Assembly: GCA_964445435.1 (NCBI GenBank)
Contig: CAYUKU010000003.1
Span: forward strand, 841-64,840
Length of the DNA: 64,000 nucleotides
Reading direction: 5' to 3'
From: an uncultured Gammaproteobacteria bacterium
GTDB lineage: Bacteria; Patescibacteriota; Microgenomatia; UBA10105; UBA927
Every line of letters begins with the position of its first letter. Positions within the stretch are counted from its first letter, which is position 1. The notes under the pieces are model-generated. The model was not told the DNA's origin. It saw only the letters and a program-made list of their open reading frames with translations, and searched no databases. Shown here one piece after another: positions 47,289 through 57,546 of the stretch. The translations under genes and the position numbers were made by a program.

Positions 47289-48299
47289 CTAGTAGCCGCG
47301 CCGAAGGGTGCGCAGGGACTCAACCACGTACGGAATGCCATACCAGAGCGTCAATGGGAGGTCGTGGGCGTGAACATAGTTGACTTCACGGCCTCCGAAG
47401 CCCGTTTTGAACAACGTTATTCCCCTCCACGGATGATTTGGCTTGTCTTCAGGCGCTATTCCATAAAAATTGTACACTTTCATTCCTCTATTTTTTGCTT
47501 CCTGAATTGCTTCCCACTGAACCAGATGCGACACGGGGACGCGACTTGCAATTGAAGCTCCGTGGTGATAAATCGCCTCATTTGAGAGAAAAAGAACGAT
47601 CGCTCCGGCTACGAGTTTCTTCCCGTCATACCCAAGAAGAAGCACTGACTTTCCTGCTTTTGAAAATATCTCAAACTCCTCCGCAATGGATATGTGCCCT
47701 ACAAATCCGTGGCGCTTTGAGGTTTCTTCATAGAGACGGAAAAAATGTTTGAGCGCATCCGGATCGGTCGTTTTTCGCACCTCGACTCCTGCCTTCTGGG
47801 CAACTCTGATTTCATACCGAGTAGTCTTTCGCATGCCCATAAGGAGCTCTTCATCTGATTTTTCCAGATCCAATACCCAACAGCGCTCAGCGTCCACCTC
47901 ATGAATCGGCGCCCTTACGAGTTTCAGTTTCCGTAGTAATTCCATATTCTCCTTCGTATTGGCAAGAAGGGGGCTCACCCGGACAAACCATGCCAGCTCA
48001 CGGCGCGCGATAGGCGCTAACAGCTCGAGAAATTCCCGCCAATGGGCAACTCCATTGTGTTTCCACACCGGCCCGTGCCGGACATGAAGAAACGCCCCCC
48101 GCCGTGCCCGAACGACAAATATCTGTGCTACACCCACGACGTCTCTGCCCTCTGAAATAAGATATCTCAGTACCCGTTGACCGGATTTCTTCTGAACTTC
48201 GCCCCACAACCAACTTTGGAATAGAGCTTGAGGACAGTACGTTTCCAAAAACTTCTCCCAGACGTGCTCGTCATTCGCGTTTTCAAGGGTAAGACTCAT
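47289..48299 (-). CDS. FemAB-family peptidoglycan interpeptide-bridge aminoacyltransferase
   Basis: 336 aa with the FemABX signature LFKTGFGG in the C-terminal GNAT-like domain. Confidence 0.7.
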   Translation of the reverse strand: MSLTLENANDEHVWEKFLETYCPQALFQSWLWGEVQKKSGQRVLRYLISEGRDVVGVAQIFVVRARRGAFLHVRHGPVWKHNGVAHWREFLELLAPIARRELAWFVRVSPLLANTKENMELLRKLKLVRAPIHEVDAERCWVLDLEKSDEELLMGMRKTTRYEIRVAQKAGVEVRKTTDPDALKHFFRLYEETSKRHGFVGHISIAEEFEIFSKAGKSVLLLGYDGKKLVAGAIVLFLSNEAIYHHGASIASRVPVSHLVQWEAIQEAKNRGMKVYNFYGIAPEDKPNHPWRGITLFKTGFGGREVNYVHAHDLPLTLWYGIPYVVESLRTLRRGY

Positions 48300-48937
48300 G
48301 GATGTATTGTATGGTATTCTTTTTCGTTTTTCACTGTTGTCGGCTCGCCATGCCCGGGATAGATAACAGTATCATCGGGTAGATGCAATATGTCTGAAAG
48401 TGACTCGGATAGCTTCTTCGAATCGGAATACGAAAAATCCGCCCTCCCTAAGGCACCCCCCGCAAACACCGTATCGCCGCTTATAAGTGCGTGGGCCTCT
48501 TTGATATAAAAACACACGCTTCCCGGGGTGTGCCCGGGCGTCTCCATGACATGAACGTGAATTTTTCCGAGCATACGTGCATCGTTTTTTGCCAAAAATC
48601 CTCCTATGGCCGGCGGTCTCTCCACTATCGTCCTTCCCAAAAAGTGCGAGGCAGTTTCACTCATCCGTGCCACGAGAAATCGGTCTTTTTCGTGGATGAA
48701 AAACGGGATTCCAAGCGTGAGACTCAACTCGTGGGCAGCCATAATATGATCGAAATGTCCATGTGTCGCCCAGAGCGCCATGGGCTTCCCTCCGTCTCGC
48801 AGCGCATGATCGGCGACATACGAAGCGTCTTCTCCCGGATCGACAATGATGACCGATCCCGTTCGAATGTCCCGGAGAAGGTAACAGTTTGCGGCCATCT
48901 GACCTACGGTTAGCGTTTCGATTGAAATATCGCTCAT
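48296..48937 (-). CDS. MBL-fold metallo-hydrolase
   Basis: HxHxDH motif (ATHGHFDHIMAAHE). Confidence 0.75.
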   Translation of the reverse strand: MSDISIETLTVGQMAANCYLLRDIRTGSVIIVDPGEDASYVADHALRDGGKPMALWATHGHFDHIMAAHELSLTLGIPFFIHEKDRFLVARMSETASHFLGRTIVERPPAIGGFLAKNDARMLGKIHVHVMETPGHTPGSVCFYIKEAHALISGDTVFAGGALGRADFSYSDSKKLSESLSDILHLPDDTVIYPGHGEPTTVKNEKEYHTIHP

Positions 48938-50166
48938 GCGGAAACTTCCCGAATAATCCGTTCTGCGTCGCGTTTCGATATTCGGGTCGGTAAATTGACG
49001 ATGCGAGGAGAGATATCTTCAGCATTTGGACATGTTCCCTTCTTGTAAAAAATGCTTGAGAAAACAACCCCCTTCGGGTCGATAACATTGTAGTACCAAT
49101 TTCCCAGAATCAGCCCCTGATGTTTCGCTCGGGACAGTACTCTTGCCGGCACATCTACAAGTATCGGAAACCGAAGATACGAAGCGCCGGGTCTGGATGC
49201 AAGAAGCGTCACGCCCTTGGCACCCTTCAGTTTTTGGCGGTACAAATCGGCAATTTCCTTCCGGACTGCCGTATACCGATCAAGTTTTTTCAGTTGATTT
49301 ATAAGAAGTGCTGCAAGCCCGTTGGGGTATTTCCGAGGAAAAACGGAGGGTCGCTGCGCGCGTTTCTCCTCCGGATACACCGGAAATCCCAACCAGCCGA
49401 TACGCTGGAAAATCCACAGCATCAGCTTGCCTACGCCAAGCTGATACCATGGGAGGATAAACGAAAACGCGATGGGATGGAACATCTGTTGTGCGATCCA
49501 AAATCCCGTGGGATACGGAATGCTGCCATGAAGCTCTTTCAGTCTTCGAAAGACCGCGGGGTGGGTCTCTGAAACAGCGGCCAAACCACCAAAGACACTT
49601 GACACCACCTTATCGCGCCCGAAACTGAAAATGGCCCCGTCACTCAAAGTTCCGACTTTCCTGCCTTCATAGGTCGCTCCAAGGCTGTGTGCACAATCCT
49701 CGATCACGACAAGGTTGTTTTTCCGGGCAAATGCCGATATCCTATTCATGTCCGCCGGTACACCAAACGTGTGCTGCACGATGATCGCTTTTGTCTTCCG
49801 AGAAACTTTCTTTGGGAGATCAGAAGGATCGAGATTCAGCGTCTCGTCTATGTCGACATATACCGGCTTGGCTCCGGCCCAGATGACGCTATTGGCCACT
49901 GCCACACATGTAAACGCCTGAATAAGCACCTCGTCGCCGACGCCAATGCCAAATGCGCGAAGCAACAGAAAGAGCGCGGATCGCCCGCTGTTGAATGTCA
50001 GCACTTGGCTGTTACCAAGATATTTGGCGAACCACCGTTCGGCTGTTAAGCGCGCAGGGCCCATAACCCATCGCCTGGGAGAAAAAAACATGCGAAGGGC
50101 TACCCAGACATCATCACGTTCGCTATTGGGTGAAAGCGACCCAGAGACTACATTCGGCGATATCAT
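48934..50166 (-). CDS. DegT/DnrJ/EryC1/StrS-family PLP-dependent sugar aminotransferase
   Basis: Fold type I aminotransferase pattern with a probable catalytic Lys in SFGRDKVVS. Confidence 0.7.
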   Translation of the reverse strand: MISPNVVSGSLSPNSERDDVWVALRMFFSPRRWVMGPARLTAERWFAKYLGNSQVLTFNSGRSALFLLLRAFGIGVGDEVLIQAFTCVAVANSVIWAGAKPVYVDIDETLNLDPSDLPKKVSRKTKAIIVQHTFGVPADMNRISAFARKNNLVVIEDCAHSLGATYEGRKVGTLSDGAIFSFGRDKVVSSVFGGLAAVSETHPAVFRRLKELHGSIPYPTGFWIAQQMFHPIAFSFILPWYQLGVGKLMLWIFQRIGWLGFPVYPEEKRAQRPSVFPRKYPNGLAALLINQLKKLDRYTAVRKEIADLYRQKLKGAKGVTLLASRPGASYLRFPILVDVPARVLSRAKHQGLILGNWYYNVIDPKGVVFSSIFYKKGTCPNAEDISPRIVNLPTRISKRDAERIIREVSA

Positions 50167-51608
50167 ACGAGTAATTGTAGCACGGCGGCGGCCTGTTTCC
50201 CTTTGAAGAGAACGGTATCTCCTTTTCGTACCGTTTTGCGGATATGCTCTGCGGCTGCCTTTGGAGAAAGGACTAAAACGCCCATTTTGCCTGAGTATGC
50301 CTCAAAAACTTCCCTATAACTGTCATTGGTAAGAATAATCTCTGAAATTGTCTGTGACGCAAGTCTCGCAACATCCTCGTGACTGCTTTGAGCGTACTGT
50401 CCGAGCTCTATCATCGGTTGGAATACCATGATTCTTCTGCCTCGACGTGTTCCCAGATACAGAAGGGCAGCTTTTGCTGCGTCGGGATTGTTATTGAACG
50501 TATCATCGATAAATTGTGCCTGGTTGACACCCGGAACCGGAACCATGGTGCGCGTCACAGGAGTAATATGCCGGCACGCCTGGATAATTTCATCCAGGGT
50601 CATCCCGCATGCACGCGCAGCGGCAATAGTCGCCAGAGTATTGGAGACATGGTGTGTCCCCACGAGTGGAATTGAAACGGTTGCGGTCTCGTTCTTGGTT
50701 TTCAGTGTAAACGTGAGCGCATTGCCTTTCAAGACCGGCGAGACCCCGACATAAAGACATTCTTTCGCGAAAGACGTATTCGTGGTGTAGCCTATGACTT
50801 TTGTCCCCGACCCCTCCGCTTTTTGAGCCATCCGACGGACGAATTCATTATCGTAATTCATGATAGCAATGCCGTCATCGGTAAGTCCTTCGACTAATTC
50901 GTACTTCGCCTGAATCGTATTTTCCAGACTTCCGAACAAATCCTGATGCTGTGCGTTTACGGCGGTAACAATCCCGATCGTTGGCCGAACCATCTTTGCC
51001 ATGTATGCGATTTCACCTTTCTTATAGGCGCCCATTTCTACAATAAAGACTTCACAGTCAGGGGAAAGTTGCGCTAACACCACCTCTGCGATCGCAATGG
51101 GGGAATTTTTGCTGGCCTTCGTCGTAAGGACGCGATACTTCCGGGAAAGCACGGTACCAAGCATTTCTTTGGTAGAAGTTTTCCCGTAACTGCCGGTTAT
51201 TCCGATGACGATCATCGGTCTGTGCGCCCGAAGTTTTGTCACAGCCATGCGTATAAGGATCGCATGATATATCGCAGTGGGGAGTTTGAGCGCAGTAACC
51301 AAAACTGACACGACCGGAAACGTCAACGCATCAACCGCAAGAAGTCTAACGAAGAGCGATCCGGGAATACTCATCCCCAGGAAAACAAGGAAAGCAACAC
51401 TGAAAACTCCAAGCACTATCGTCTTCGGCGTAATCGAAGGCCGTCGTAAGGGCGGAAACAAAATCGACCCACCCTGCGGGCTTCGCAGGTGGATAAGCAT
51501 CCTGTCCCACCGGTATTCTTTCAAATACCAGAGACTTATGTATGCCAGAATGTTGAGAAAAATCCGTATCGCCCAAAAGGCGCCAAGAATGATAGAAAAA
51601 ATATTCAT
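50163..51608 (-). CDS. murF: UDP-N-acetylmuramoyl-tripeptide--D-alanyl-D-alanine ligase (MurF) with an N-terminal triple-TM extension of about 120 aa
   Basis: Mur ligase P-loop IGITGSYGKTSTKEML and the MurF signature DDTFNNNP. The first about 120 aa are hydrophobic helices (IILGAFWAIRIFLNILAYISLWY...) that replace the usual N-domain. Confidence 0.8.
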   Translation of the reverse strand: MNIFSIILGAFWAIRIFLNILAYISLWYLKEYRWDRMLIHLRSPQGGSILFPPLRRPSITPKTIVLGVFSVAFLVFLGMSIPGSLFVRLLAVDALTFPVVSVLVTALKLPTAIYHAILIRMAVTKLRAHRPMIVIGITGSYGKTSTKEMLGTVLSRKYRVLTTKASKNSPIAIAEVVLAQLSPDCEVFIVEMGAYKKGEIAYMAKMVRPTIGIVTAVNAQHQDLFGSLENTIQAKYELVEGLTDDGIAIMNYDNEFVRRMAQKAEGSGTKVIGYTTNTSFAKECLYVGVSPVLKGNALTFTLKTKNETATVSIPLVGTHHVSNTLATIAAARACGMTLDEIIQACRHITPVTRTMVPVPGVNQAQFIDDTFNNNPDAAKAALLYLGTRRGRRIMVFQPMIELGQYAQSSHEDVARLASQTISEIILTNDSYREVFEAYSGKMGVLVLSPKAAAEHIRKTVRKGDTVLFKGKQAAAVLQLLV

Positions 51609-52333
51609 ATCTTTTTCAAAAAGGGTTCAATATGAGATATGAATGTCGCCGGATCCTTAAACGGCACTCCATGATCGCGGTCTGCTATCACGACAAGCTG
51701 CGACCCTCGGATGCGCTCGTGCATTTTTCGTGCAATCCACACAGGAGTAATTTGATCCAGACTCCCCCACACCAAGAGACACGGGACAGCAACACGTGCC
51801 ATGGTCGGCGTGAGATCCTCCTGTACGATAAGTTTAAACGTTTCACGCATTACCCCTTCGGCACGATAAAATTCGCGCGCACCGACAAGCCAGTAATACC
51901 AAAGCCGGATTTTCTCTTGAAGGAGGCTAAACGGCCACAAGGAAAAGAAAAACTTCCCCACCTTTGCCAAAAGTATGAACACCATCAGTTTCTTCCTCGG
52001 CACGGGTGTAAACCCGGGCGTACCGGTTAGCACTAACGCCCTGAGCTCTTTCGGAGTGTCCATGCAGTATTTGAGCGATACTCTGCCTCCGAATGAATGA
52101 CCGATGAGAACCACGTCATTGAGTTTGTTCTTGCGGATATACATTTTCAGAAACTCAACATAGTGAGAAAGCGAATACGGTATAGGCGGAGCTGAGGCCT
52201 CTCCAAACCCGGGAAAGTCAGGGACAAACACGTTGTATCCTTTTTTTCGCAGTGCAGCTCCAAGTACTTCGAAACGCTTGGACGACAATCCCCATCCGTG
52301 CAAGATAACGATAGCAGGACGCAATTTTTTCAT
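51605..52333 (-). CDS. Alpha/beta hydrolase
   Basis: GxSxG nucleophile elbow (LIGHSFGGRVSL) and the conserved His near the C-terminus. Confidence 0.7.
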   Translation of the reverse strand: MKKLRPAIVILHGWGLSSKRFEVLGAALRKKGYNVFVPDFPGFGEASAPPIPYSLSHYVEFLKMYIRKNKLNDVVLIGHSFGGRVSLKYCMDTPKELRALVLTGTPGFTPVPRKKLMVFILLAKVGKFFFSLWPFSLLQEKIRLWYYWLVGAREFYRAEGVMRETFKLIVQEDLTPTMARVAVPCLLVWGSLDQITPVWIARKMHERIRGSQLVVIADRDHGVPFKDPATFISHIEPFLKKI

Positions 52334-52335
52334 AG

Positions 52336-53649
52336 TTAGAGAATTTTACGGAATTCGTCCCGGGAAGAAGCGGCTGTCTTCGTGTTGGAGACTGCTGTAT
52401 ATGAACCCCTGGCAAGCGAAACGAAGCTACCCTCAGGGATATCCCGATCCAGGGTGACGCCCGCGCCGACGAAGGAACCCCTCCCGATTTTGATACCCGG
52501 CATGATGCTTGCGTTGACGCCTATCCGAACGCCCTCCCCGATCATGCTTCCCAATTTCGTTCGCCCGGTCGGTACCTTCTGGTCCTTAACAACGGAAAAA
52601 ATTTCTCCATCGTCCAGTCGCAGATTTGCCAGGACCGCACCGGAACCCATACTCACGTTTCCCTCAAGGACACTGTCCCCGATGTAATTACTGTGAAACC
52701 AGGAGTTGTCTCCAATATAGCTTCGGGTGATATCGGTATTGAATCCCGTCACACAATGCTTCCCGAGATAACTCTGACGGATGATGTTATTGTTTCCGAT
52801 GATAGTATTATCCCCGATGTACGCAGGGCCGACTATTTTCGTATTTTCAAAAATACGCACGTTATCACCCAGATACACCGTGCCTTCTATCGTGACGCTG
52901 GGTTTGATTTGCACTCCCTTTCCTCTATGAGCCCTGAAATTATTTTCCCAAAGAGCCGAAAGTACATCCAGTACGTTCCAGGGATATTTGAGTGAGGCAA
53001 ATGACCCTTCATAGGGCATAACGAGAACTTTTTCCCGAAGCGCGAGCATTGTCATGGCCCGTTCATACGCGTCGTCGCTTCCCGGAGGGGTTTGACCAAG
53101 CTCTTCCAGGAATGCGGAACTGTCGCTTATATACTGTCCTGAAACCGCAACATACGGACCCGGTAATTCGTTTGGATGGGGCTTTTCTATGATTCCCAAT
53201 ACCCGGTTTCCGTCGGTTTTGAGGTACCCACCAGGAAAGTATTCTTTCGGTTTCCAACCCGCGATCACGGCAAATGCGTTTTCATGCTTTGCGAAACCAA
53301 CGACGCGCTCATACAAATCTGTGGGCACCACATCGTCAGCGATGACGATAAGAAGCCGACTGTTTTCGAGTTCTTCCCGTGCACAGAGAAGTGCGTCCGC
53401 CATGCCGAGCGGTTGCGCCTGAAGGACAGTCAGCGTGGGTTTGGGAAATTTGAGTTTCGAAATCATGTCACGATTATGGGTGTTGGATACGACCACTACA
53501 CGGTCAACTTCTGCCGGAAGCCCGGAAAGGGTATTCAACTCAAATAGGGTGCTTCCAAGAAAGGGAAAAAATGTTTTGTTGGTGTGAAACGGCCAGAATC
53601 GGCTGGCCGCGCCGGCTGCCAAGACAACTGCAACGAGCGGCTTGTTCAT
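52336..53649 (-). CDS. GlmU-like bifunctional sugar-1-phosphate nucleotidyltransferase / left-handed beta-helix acyltransferase
   Basis: Nucleotidyltransferase N-terminus (LVAVVLAAGAASRF) and hexapeptide-repeat C-terminus (IGDNTIIGNNNIIRQSYLGKHCVTGFNTDITRSYIGDNSWF...). Confidence 0.65.
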   Translation of the reverse strand: MNKPLVAVVLAAGAASRFWPFHTNKTFFPFLGSTLFELNTLSGLPAEVDRVVVVSNTHNRDMISKLKFPKPTLTVLQAQPLGMADALLCAREELENSRLLIVIADDVVPTDLYERVVGFAKHENAFAVIAGWKPKEYFPGGYLKTDGNRVLGIIEKPHPNELPGPYVAVSGQYISDSSAFLEELGQTPPGSDDAYERAMTMLALREKVLVMPYEGSFASLKYPWNVLDVLSALWENNFRAHRGKGVQIKPSVTIEGTVYLGDNVRIFENTKIVGPAYIGDNTIIGNNNIIRQSYLGKHCVTGFNTDITRSYIGDNSWFHSNYIGDSVLEGNVSMGSGAVLANLRLDDGEIFSVVKDQKVPTGRTKLGSMIGEGVRIGVNASIMPGIKIGRGSFVGAGVTLDRDIPEGSFVSLARGSYTAVSNTKTAASSRDEFRKIL

Positions 53650-54983
53650 ACTGATTCCCCCTTCATTCGTCGAATATTTGCGCCTAATCCTGTCAAACGG
53701 TCCTCAATCTTCTCATATCCGCGGTCGACCTGTTCTGCTCCGTGAATATAACTTTCTCCACTGGCAGCCAGGGCCGCCAAAATAAGCGTCGCACCGGCCC
53801 GAAGATCGTGAATGTCGACAACCGCGTTATGAAGTTTCACAGGACCGGTAATCCGTATCGCCTGATGGTACCCTTCGACTCTGTCAGCCCAATTGAAGTT
53901 ATAAAACTCGTCCGGATCCGAAACAGGAGGGTCGAAAAATTCCACGTGGGCACCCATCTTCTTAAGTTCACTCACATAGCTGAATCTGCTTTCAAATACC
54001 GTTTCATGGATGGTTGATACACCACTTGCCTGTGTCATAAACACTGCCCACGGAGCCTGCCAGTCGGTCATAAATCCGGGATGGGGCAGCGTTACCACGT
54101 CCGTAGGCTTCGGAGTATCATTCATAAAATATGCGGTTGTGTTTTCATCAATCTCATCGTACTGCCCCCCGGCTGCTTTATATTTCTCCAAAAAATCCTT
54201 AAGAACCGTTCTTCTGGAACCATGCACGGTAATCCGTCCCCGTGTCATAGCGGCGGCAAGAGCAAACGTCACCTCTTCGTTTCTGTCCGGCAATATTGCA
54301 TACGAAGCACCATGCAGACGTTCAACCCCGACAATGGTTATTTCACGCGGTGCGGTACGTCTGATATCTGCCCCCATACGCGTCAGAAGCGTGATAAGTT
54401 CATCAACCTCCACTTCTTCCGCCGCGTTTTTTAGAACAGTTGTCCCTTTCGCTAACACGGCAGCCAGAAGAAGGGTTTCGGTACCCGTATGCGTGTTCTT
54501 GGGAAACGTGATTGTCGCTCCTACCAGCTCATCCGATTTGGCGTAGAAATAACCATCCTGTGAGTTGTACTCGATGGACGCGCCCATATCTCGAAGCGCA
54601 GCTACATGCCGATCGATTGGACGGGCGCCCAATCTGCAGCCACCAGGGTTGGGTATTTTCGCCTTCTTATACCGGGCAAGAAGCGGACCTAGAACCATCG
54701 ACGAGGTGCGAAGGCGCGCACCCACCTCAAGTGGAACAGTCGAATTTCGAAGGTGTCCGTTCTGGATGGTCACCGTATGACCGACAATTTCATATGTAAG
54801 GCCCAGGCTCTTGAGGACCTCCAGAAGCGAAAACACGTCTGCAAGAAGCGGCAGATTTTCGATGATCAGCTTATCATCTGTGAGAAGCGATGCAATGAGG
54901 ACTTTCAGTGCGACATTCTTAGCCCCTCCCAGAGTAATCTGTCCACGCAGCGGCTTGCCACCGGTAATCACAAACGTATCCAT
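53646..54983 (-). CDS. murA: UDP-N-acetylglucosamine 1-carboxyvinyltransferase (MurA)
   Basis: MDTFVITGGKPLRGQITLGGAKNVALKVLIASLL and the EPT-fold repeats. Confidence 0.9.
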   Translation of the reverse strand: MDTFVITGGKPLRGQITLGGAKNVALKVLIASLLTDDKLIIENLPLLADVFSLLEVLKSLGLTYEIVGHTVTIQNGHLRNSTVPLEVGARLRTSSMVLGPLLARYKKAKIPNPGGCRLGARPIDRHVAALRDMGASIEYNSQDGYFYAKSDELVGATITFPKNTHTGTETLLLAAVLAKGTTVLKNAAEEVEVDELITLLTRMGADIRRTAPREITIVGVERLHGASYAILPDRNEEVTFALAAAMTRGRITVHGSRRTVLKDFLEKYKAAGGQYDEIDENTTAYFMNDTPKPTDVVTLPHPGFMTDWQAPWAVFMTQASGVSTIHETVFESRFSYVSELKKMGAHVEFFDPPVSDPDEFYNFNWADRVEGYHQAIRITGPVKLHNAVVDIHDLRAGATLILAALAASGESYIHGAEQVDRGYEKIEDRLTGLGANIRRMKGESV

Positions 54984-55132
54984 ACCAGGTTGTGAAATTT
55001 CGACTGTTGCCTTTTATGGCTTTCGAGTCTAAATGTCCCTTTCGTTATTAAGAACCCAACATTGCTCATAAAATATCCCTGATACTCGGGCAACGCGAGA
55101 AAGCCATGTCGAAATTCTACTACCTAGCATAG

Positions 55133-56113
55133 TTAGAATTCTCCCGCCCGTTCAATTTCTTCTTGAAGCGTGACGCCAAATTGGCTTTTAACTTGATCTC
55201 TGGCCTTAGTTATTAATTGTACCACATCAGAAGCAGTCGCTTTTCCGAGGTTAATGATGAAATTTGCATGTACCGGCGATATTTGTGCATCGCCAATAGT
55301 AAGACCTTTCAGTCCGGCGTGATCGACGAGAAATCCTGCACTTGTGGCTTTTTCGGGAAGTCCGCGCGCCATCACTTCGCTTATCGGCACGTTGCGAAAC
55401 GTACAGCCCGCGCTTTTGATCCCCTGGGGCTGTGTCTGCCTCCGATAACTGATACTTTCATTTGCGATAGACCAGAGACGGTCCTTGTCGTCGCGCGAAA
55501 ATGCAAACACCACGGACAGGACAATATCGCGGGAGGTCTGTATCACGCTGGTGTCATATGCAAATTGGAAATATTTCTGTGGCACCACTTTGCGTTGCCC
55601 ATCCGGCGTGAGAATCTCCGCCTGATACACGACATCGCCGACATATCCGGGAGGGTTCGTCCATTTTGAATTCATATAGACGGCGCCGCCCACCGACCCG
55701 GGAAGCCCCAAGTGCATTTCCAGACCACGAAGACCCTCCTGTGCCGTAAAGCGAACCAGTTGATTTATGACGACGCCGCTTTCCGCCTGGACATAGACTT
55801 TGTGCGTTTCCAAGTGCGCGGAAAGCTGACCCTTCATACCGACGACCCGAATTTTATTGGTACTGTTTTTTATCACCAGCCCGCGAATTCCCTTGTCTCC
55901 TATAAGGAGATTTGTTCCGCCACCGAGGATAAATACCGGTATATTCAATTTGCGAGCTTCAGTAACGGCAATCACAAGTTCATCGACAGTCGTCACGTTT
56001 ATAAAGTAGTCAGCTGGACCACCGATTTTGAAAGTCGTATACGGGGCAAGGGGTTCATCTTGCCTGAGTTTATCGCCGAATACCTTTTTAAGATGAATTG
56101 CTGTGGCTTCCAT
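55133..56113 (-). CDS. murB: UDP-N-acetylenolpyruvoylglucosamine reductase (MurB)
   Basis: FAD-binding region FKIGGPADYFINV and the MurB C-terminal domain. Confidence 0.85.
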   Translation of the reverse strand: MEATAIHLKKVFGDKLRQDEPLAPYTTFKIGGPADYFINVTTVDELVIAVTEARKLNIPVFILGGGTNLLIGDKGIRGLVIKNSTNKIRVVGMKGQLSAHLETHKVYVQAESGVVINQLVRFTAQEGLRGLEMHLGLPGSVGGAVYMNSKWTNPPGYVGDVVYQAEILTPDGQRKVVPQKYFQFAYDTSVIQTSRDIVLSVVFAFSRDDKDRLWSIANESISYRRQTQPQGIKSAGCTFRNVPISEVMARGLPEKATSAGFLVDHAGLKGLTIGDAQISPVHANFIINLGKATASDVVQLITKARDQVKSQFGVTLQEEIERAGEF

Positions 56114-56115
56114 AG

Positions 56116-57543
56116 TTATATGCGTGACCGCAGCCTATCTATCGTATCTTTTTCCCAACTGTATATGCTTCCTGCTCCCATAAAAACGACGACACTGTGT
56201 TTCTCCTGGACGTTTTGTAAAAATGAAATCACATCTTCTTTCCCCGGTGTGAAAAACACGTGCTGGTGATTTTTTCGGATTTCCTCACAGAGCATTCCTC
56301 CGGTTATCTCGTGTGTATCTCTTTCGCGAGCAGAAGCGTAAATGTCAGTGCACAGCACTATATCCGCATTCTCGAACGCCCGGCCAAACTGTGAAAAAAG
56401 CGCTTTCGTCCTAGAGTACGTATGTGCTTGGAAAACCGCGATAATCGTCTCTTTGGGATACCACAATCTGGCAGCAGTCAGTGTGGCAATAATTTCTCTC
56501 GGGTGATGCGCATAATCATCATAGAACGTCATGGTGTCGGTCTGTCCTAATTTTTCGAAGCGTCGCTTAGCCCCGCCAAATGCTGCAAGTGCACGTTTAC
56601 TTATCTCCCACGGCACACCCAGTGAAAATGCAGCGACGCACGCCGCCGCAGCGTTTGCCATATTGTGCGCTCCGGGAACCTGCAGCTTAATGGAGATGGG
56701 GTCTTTTTCATTGTGCATCAGTGTAAAAGTGCTTGCCCCCGCGGAAAACTGTTCGTCTGTTATGCGAAAATCAGCCCGCTGATTGCGTCCATACGTTATA
56801 ACGATTCGCGAGGAGTTCTTTGTGAGAATTTCGCTTGCAGGATCGTCGGCGTTTACCACCGTTATTCCCTTGGGAGGTTGGTTCATCTGAAGCTTGAGAA
56901 ACGCTTTTTTGACAGCGGCAAGCGTCGGATATACGTCCGGATGATCAAAGTCGATATTGGTTACCACAAGAATCTCCGGCGTTTGCCAAAGAAAACGGGG
57001 TGTCGCGTCGTGGGCCGGATCAGTGACATATTCGTCGGCCTCCGCAACGAAAAAATCCCCCTCCCCGAAGTGTCCGGGAAACCCGAGTCCGCCAATCACG
57101 CCGGATCCAATGGCATACGAGGGATCACCTCCAGCTTCCCGCAAAATGGCAGCAATCATCGCGCTTGTCGTTGTCTTCCCGTGGCTTCCGGCAACAGAAA
57201 TCTGTCTTTTGCCAGCCATCGCGTATCCCAGGGCCTTCCCATGGGGAAATGCCGGTATGCCCAAACGCCGAGCCTCAATAACTTCTGGGTTGTCCCGTCC
57301 GTGGTGAGCTCCCGTGTAGATAACGATATCCGGCTTCGCTTGTGCGATATGGGACGCATCGAAACCCACAAACGGCACGATATTCACTTCCCTGAGAATC
57401 GGATCGCTCGGAAACTCCTCTTCGACATCGGATCCCGTTACGGCAATACCCCTCTCCTTCGCCCAAACCGAAAGCGCCGCCATGGCAATTCCCTTGATAC
57501 CGACGAAATGAATACGTTTGACTGAATGGAAATTCATGTCCAT
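56116..57543 (-). CDS. murC: UDP-N-acetylmuramate--L-alanine ligase (MurC)
   Basis: IHFVGIKGIAMAALSVWAKERGIAVTGSD N-terminus and the Mur ligase P-loop. Confidence 0.9.
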   Translation of the reverse strand: MDMNFHSVKRIHFVGIKGIAMAALSVWAKERGIAVTGSDVEEEFPSDPILREVNIVPFVGFDASHIAQAKPDIVIYTGAHHGRDNPEVIEARRLGIPAFPHGKALGYAMAGKRQISVAGSHGKTTTSAMIAAILREAGGDPSYAIGSGVIGGLGFPGHFGEGDFFVAEADEYVTDPAHDATPRFLWQTPEILVVTNIDFDHPDVYPTLAAVKKAFLKLQMNQPPKGITVVNADDPASEILTKNSSRIVITYGRNQRADFRITDEQFSAGASTFTLMHNEKDPISIKLQVPGAHNMANAAAACVAAFSLGVPWEISKRALAAFGGAKRRFEKLGQTDTMTFYDDYAHHPREIIATLTAARLWYPKETIIAVFQAHTYSRTKALFSQFGRAFENADIVLCTDIYASARERDTHEITGGMLCEEIRKNHQHVFFTPGKEDVISFLQNVQEKHSVVVFMGAGSIYSWEKDTIDRLRSRI

Positions 57544-57546
57544 AGA

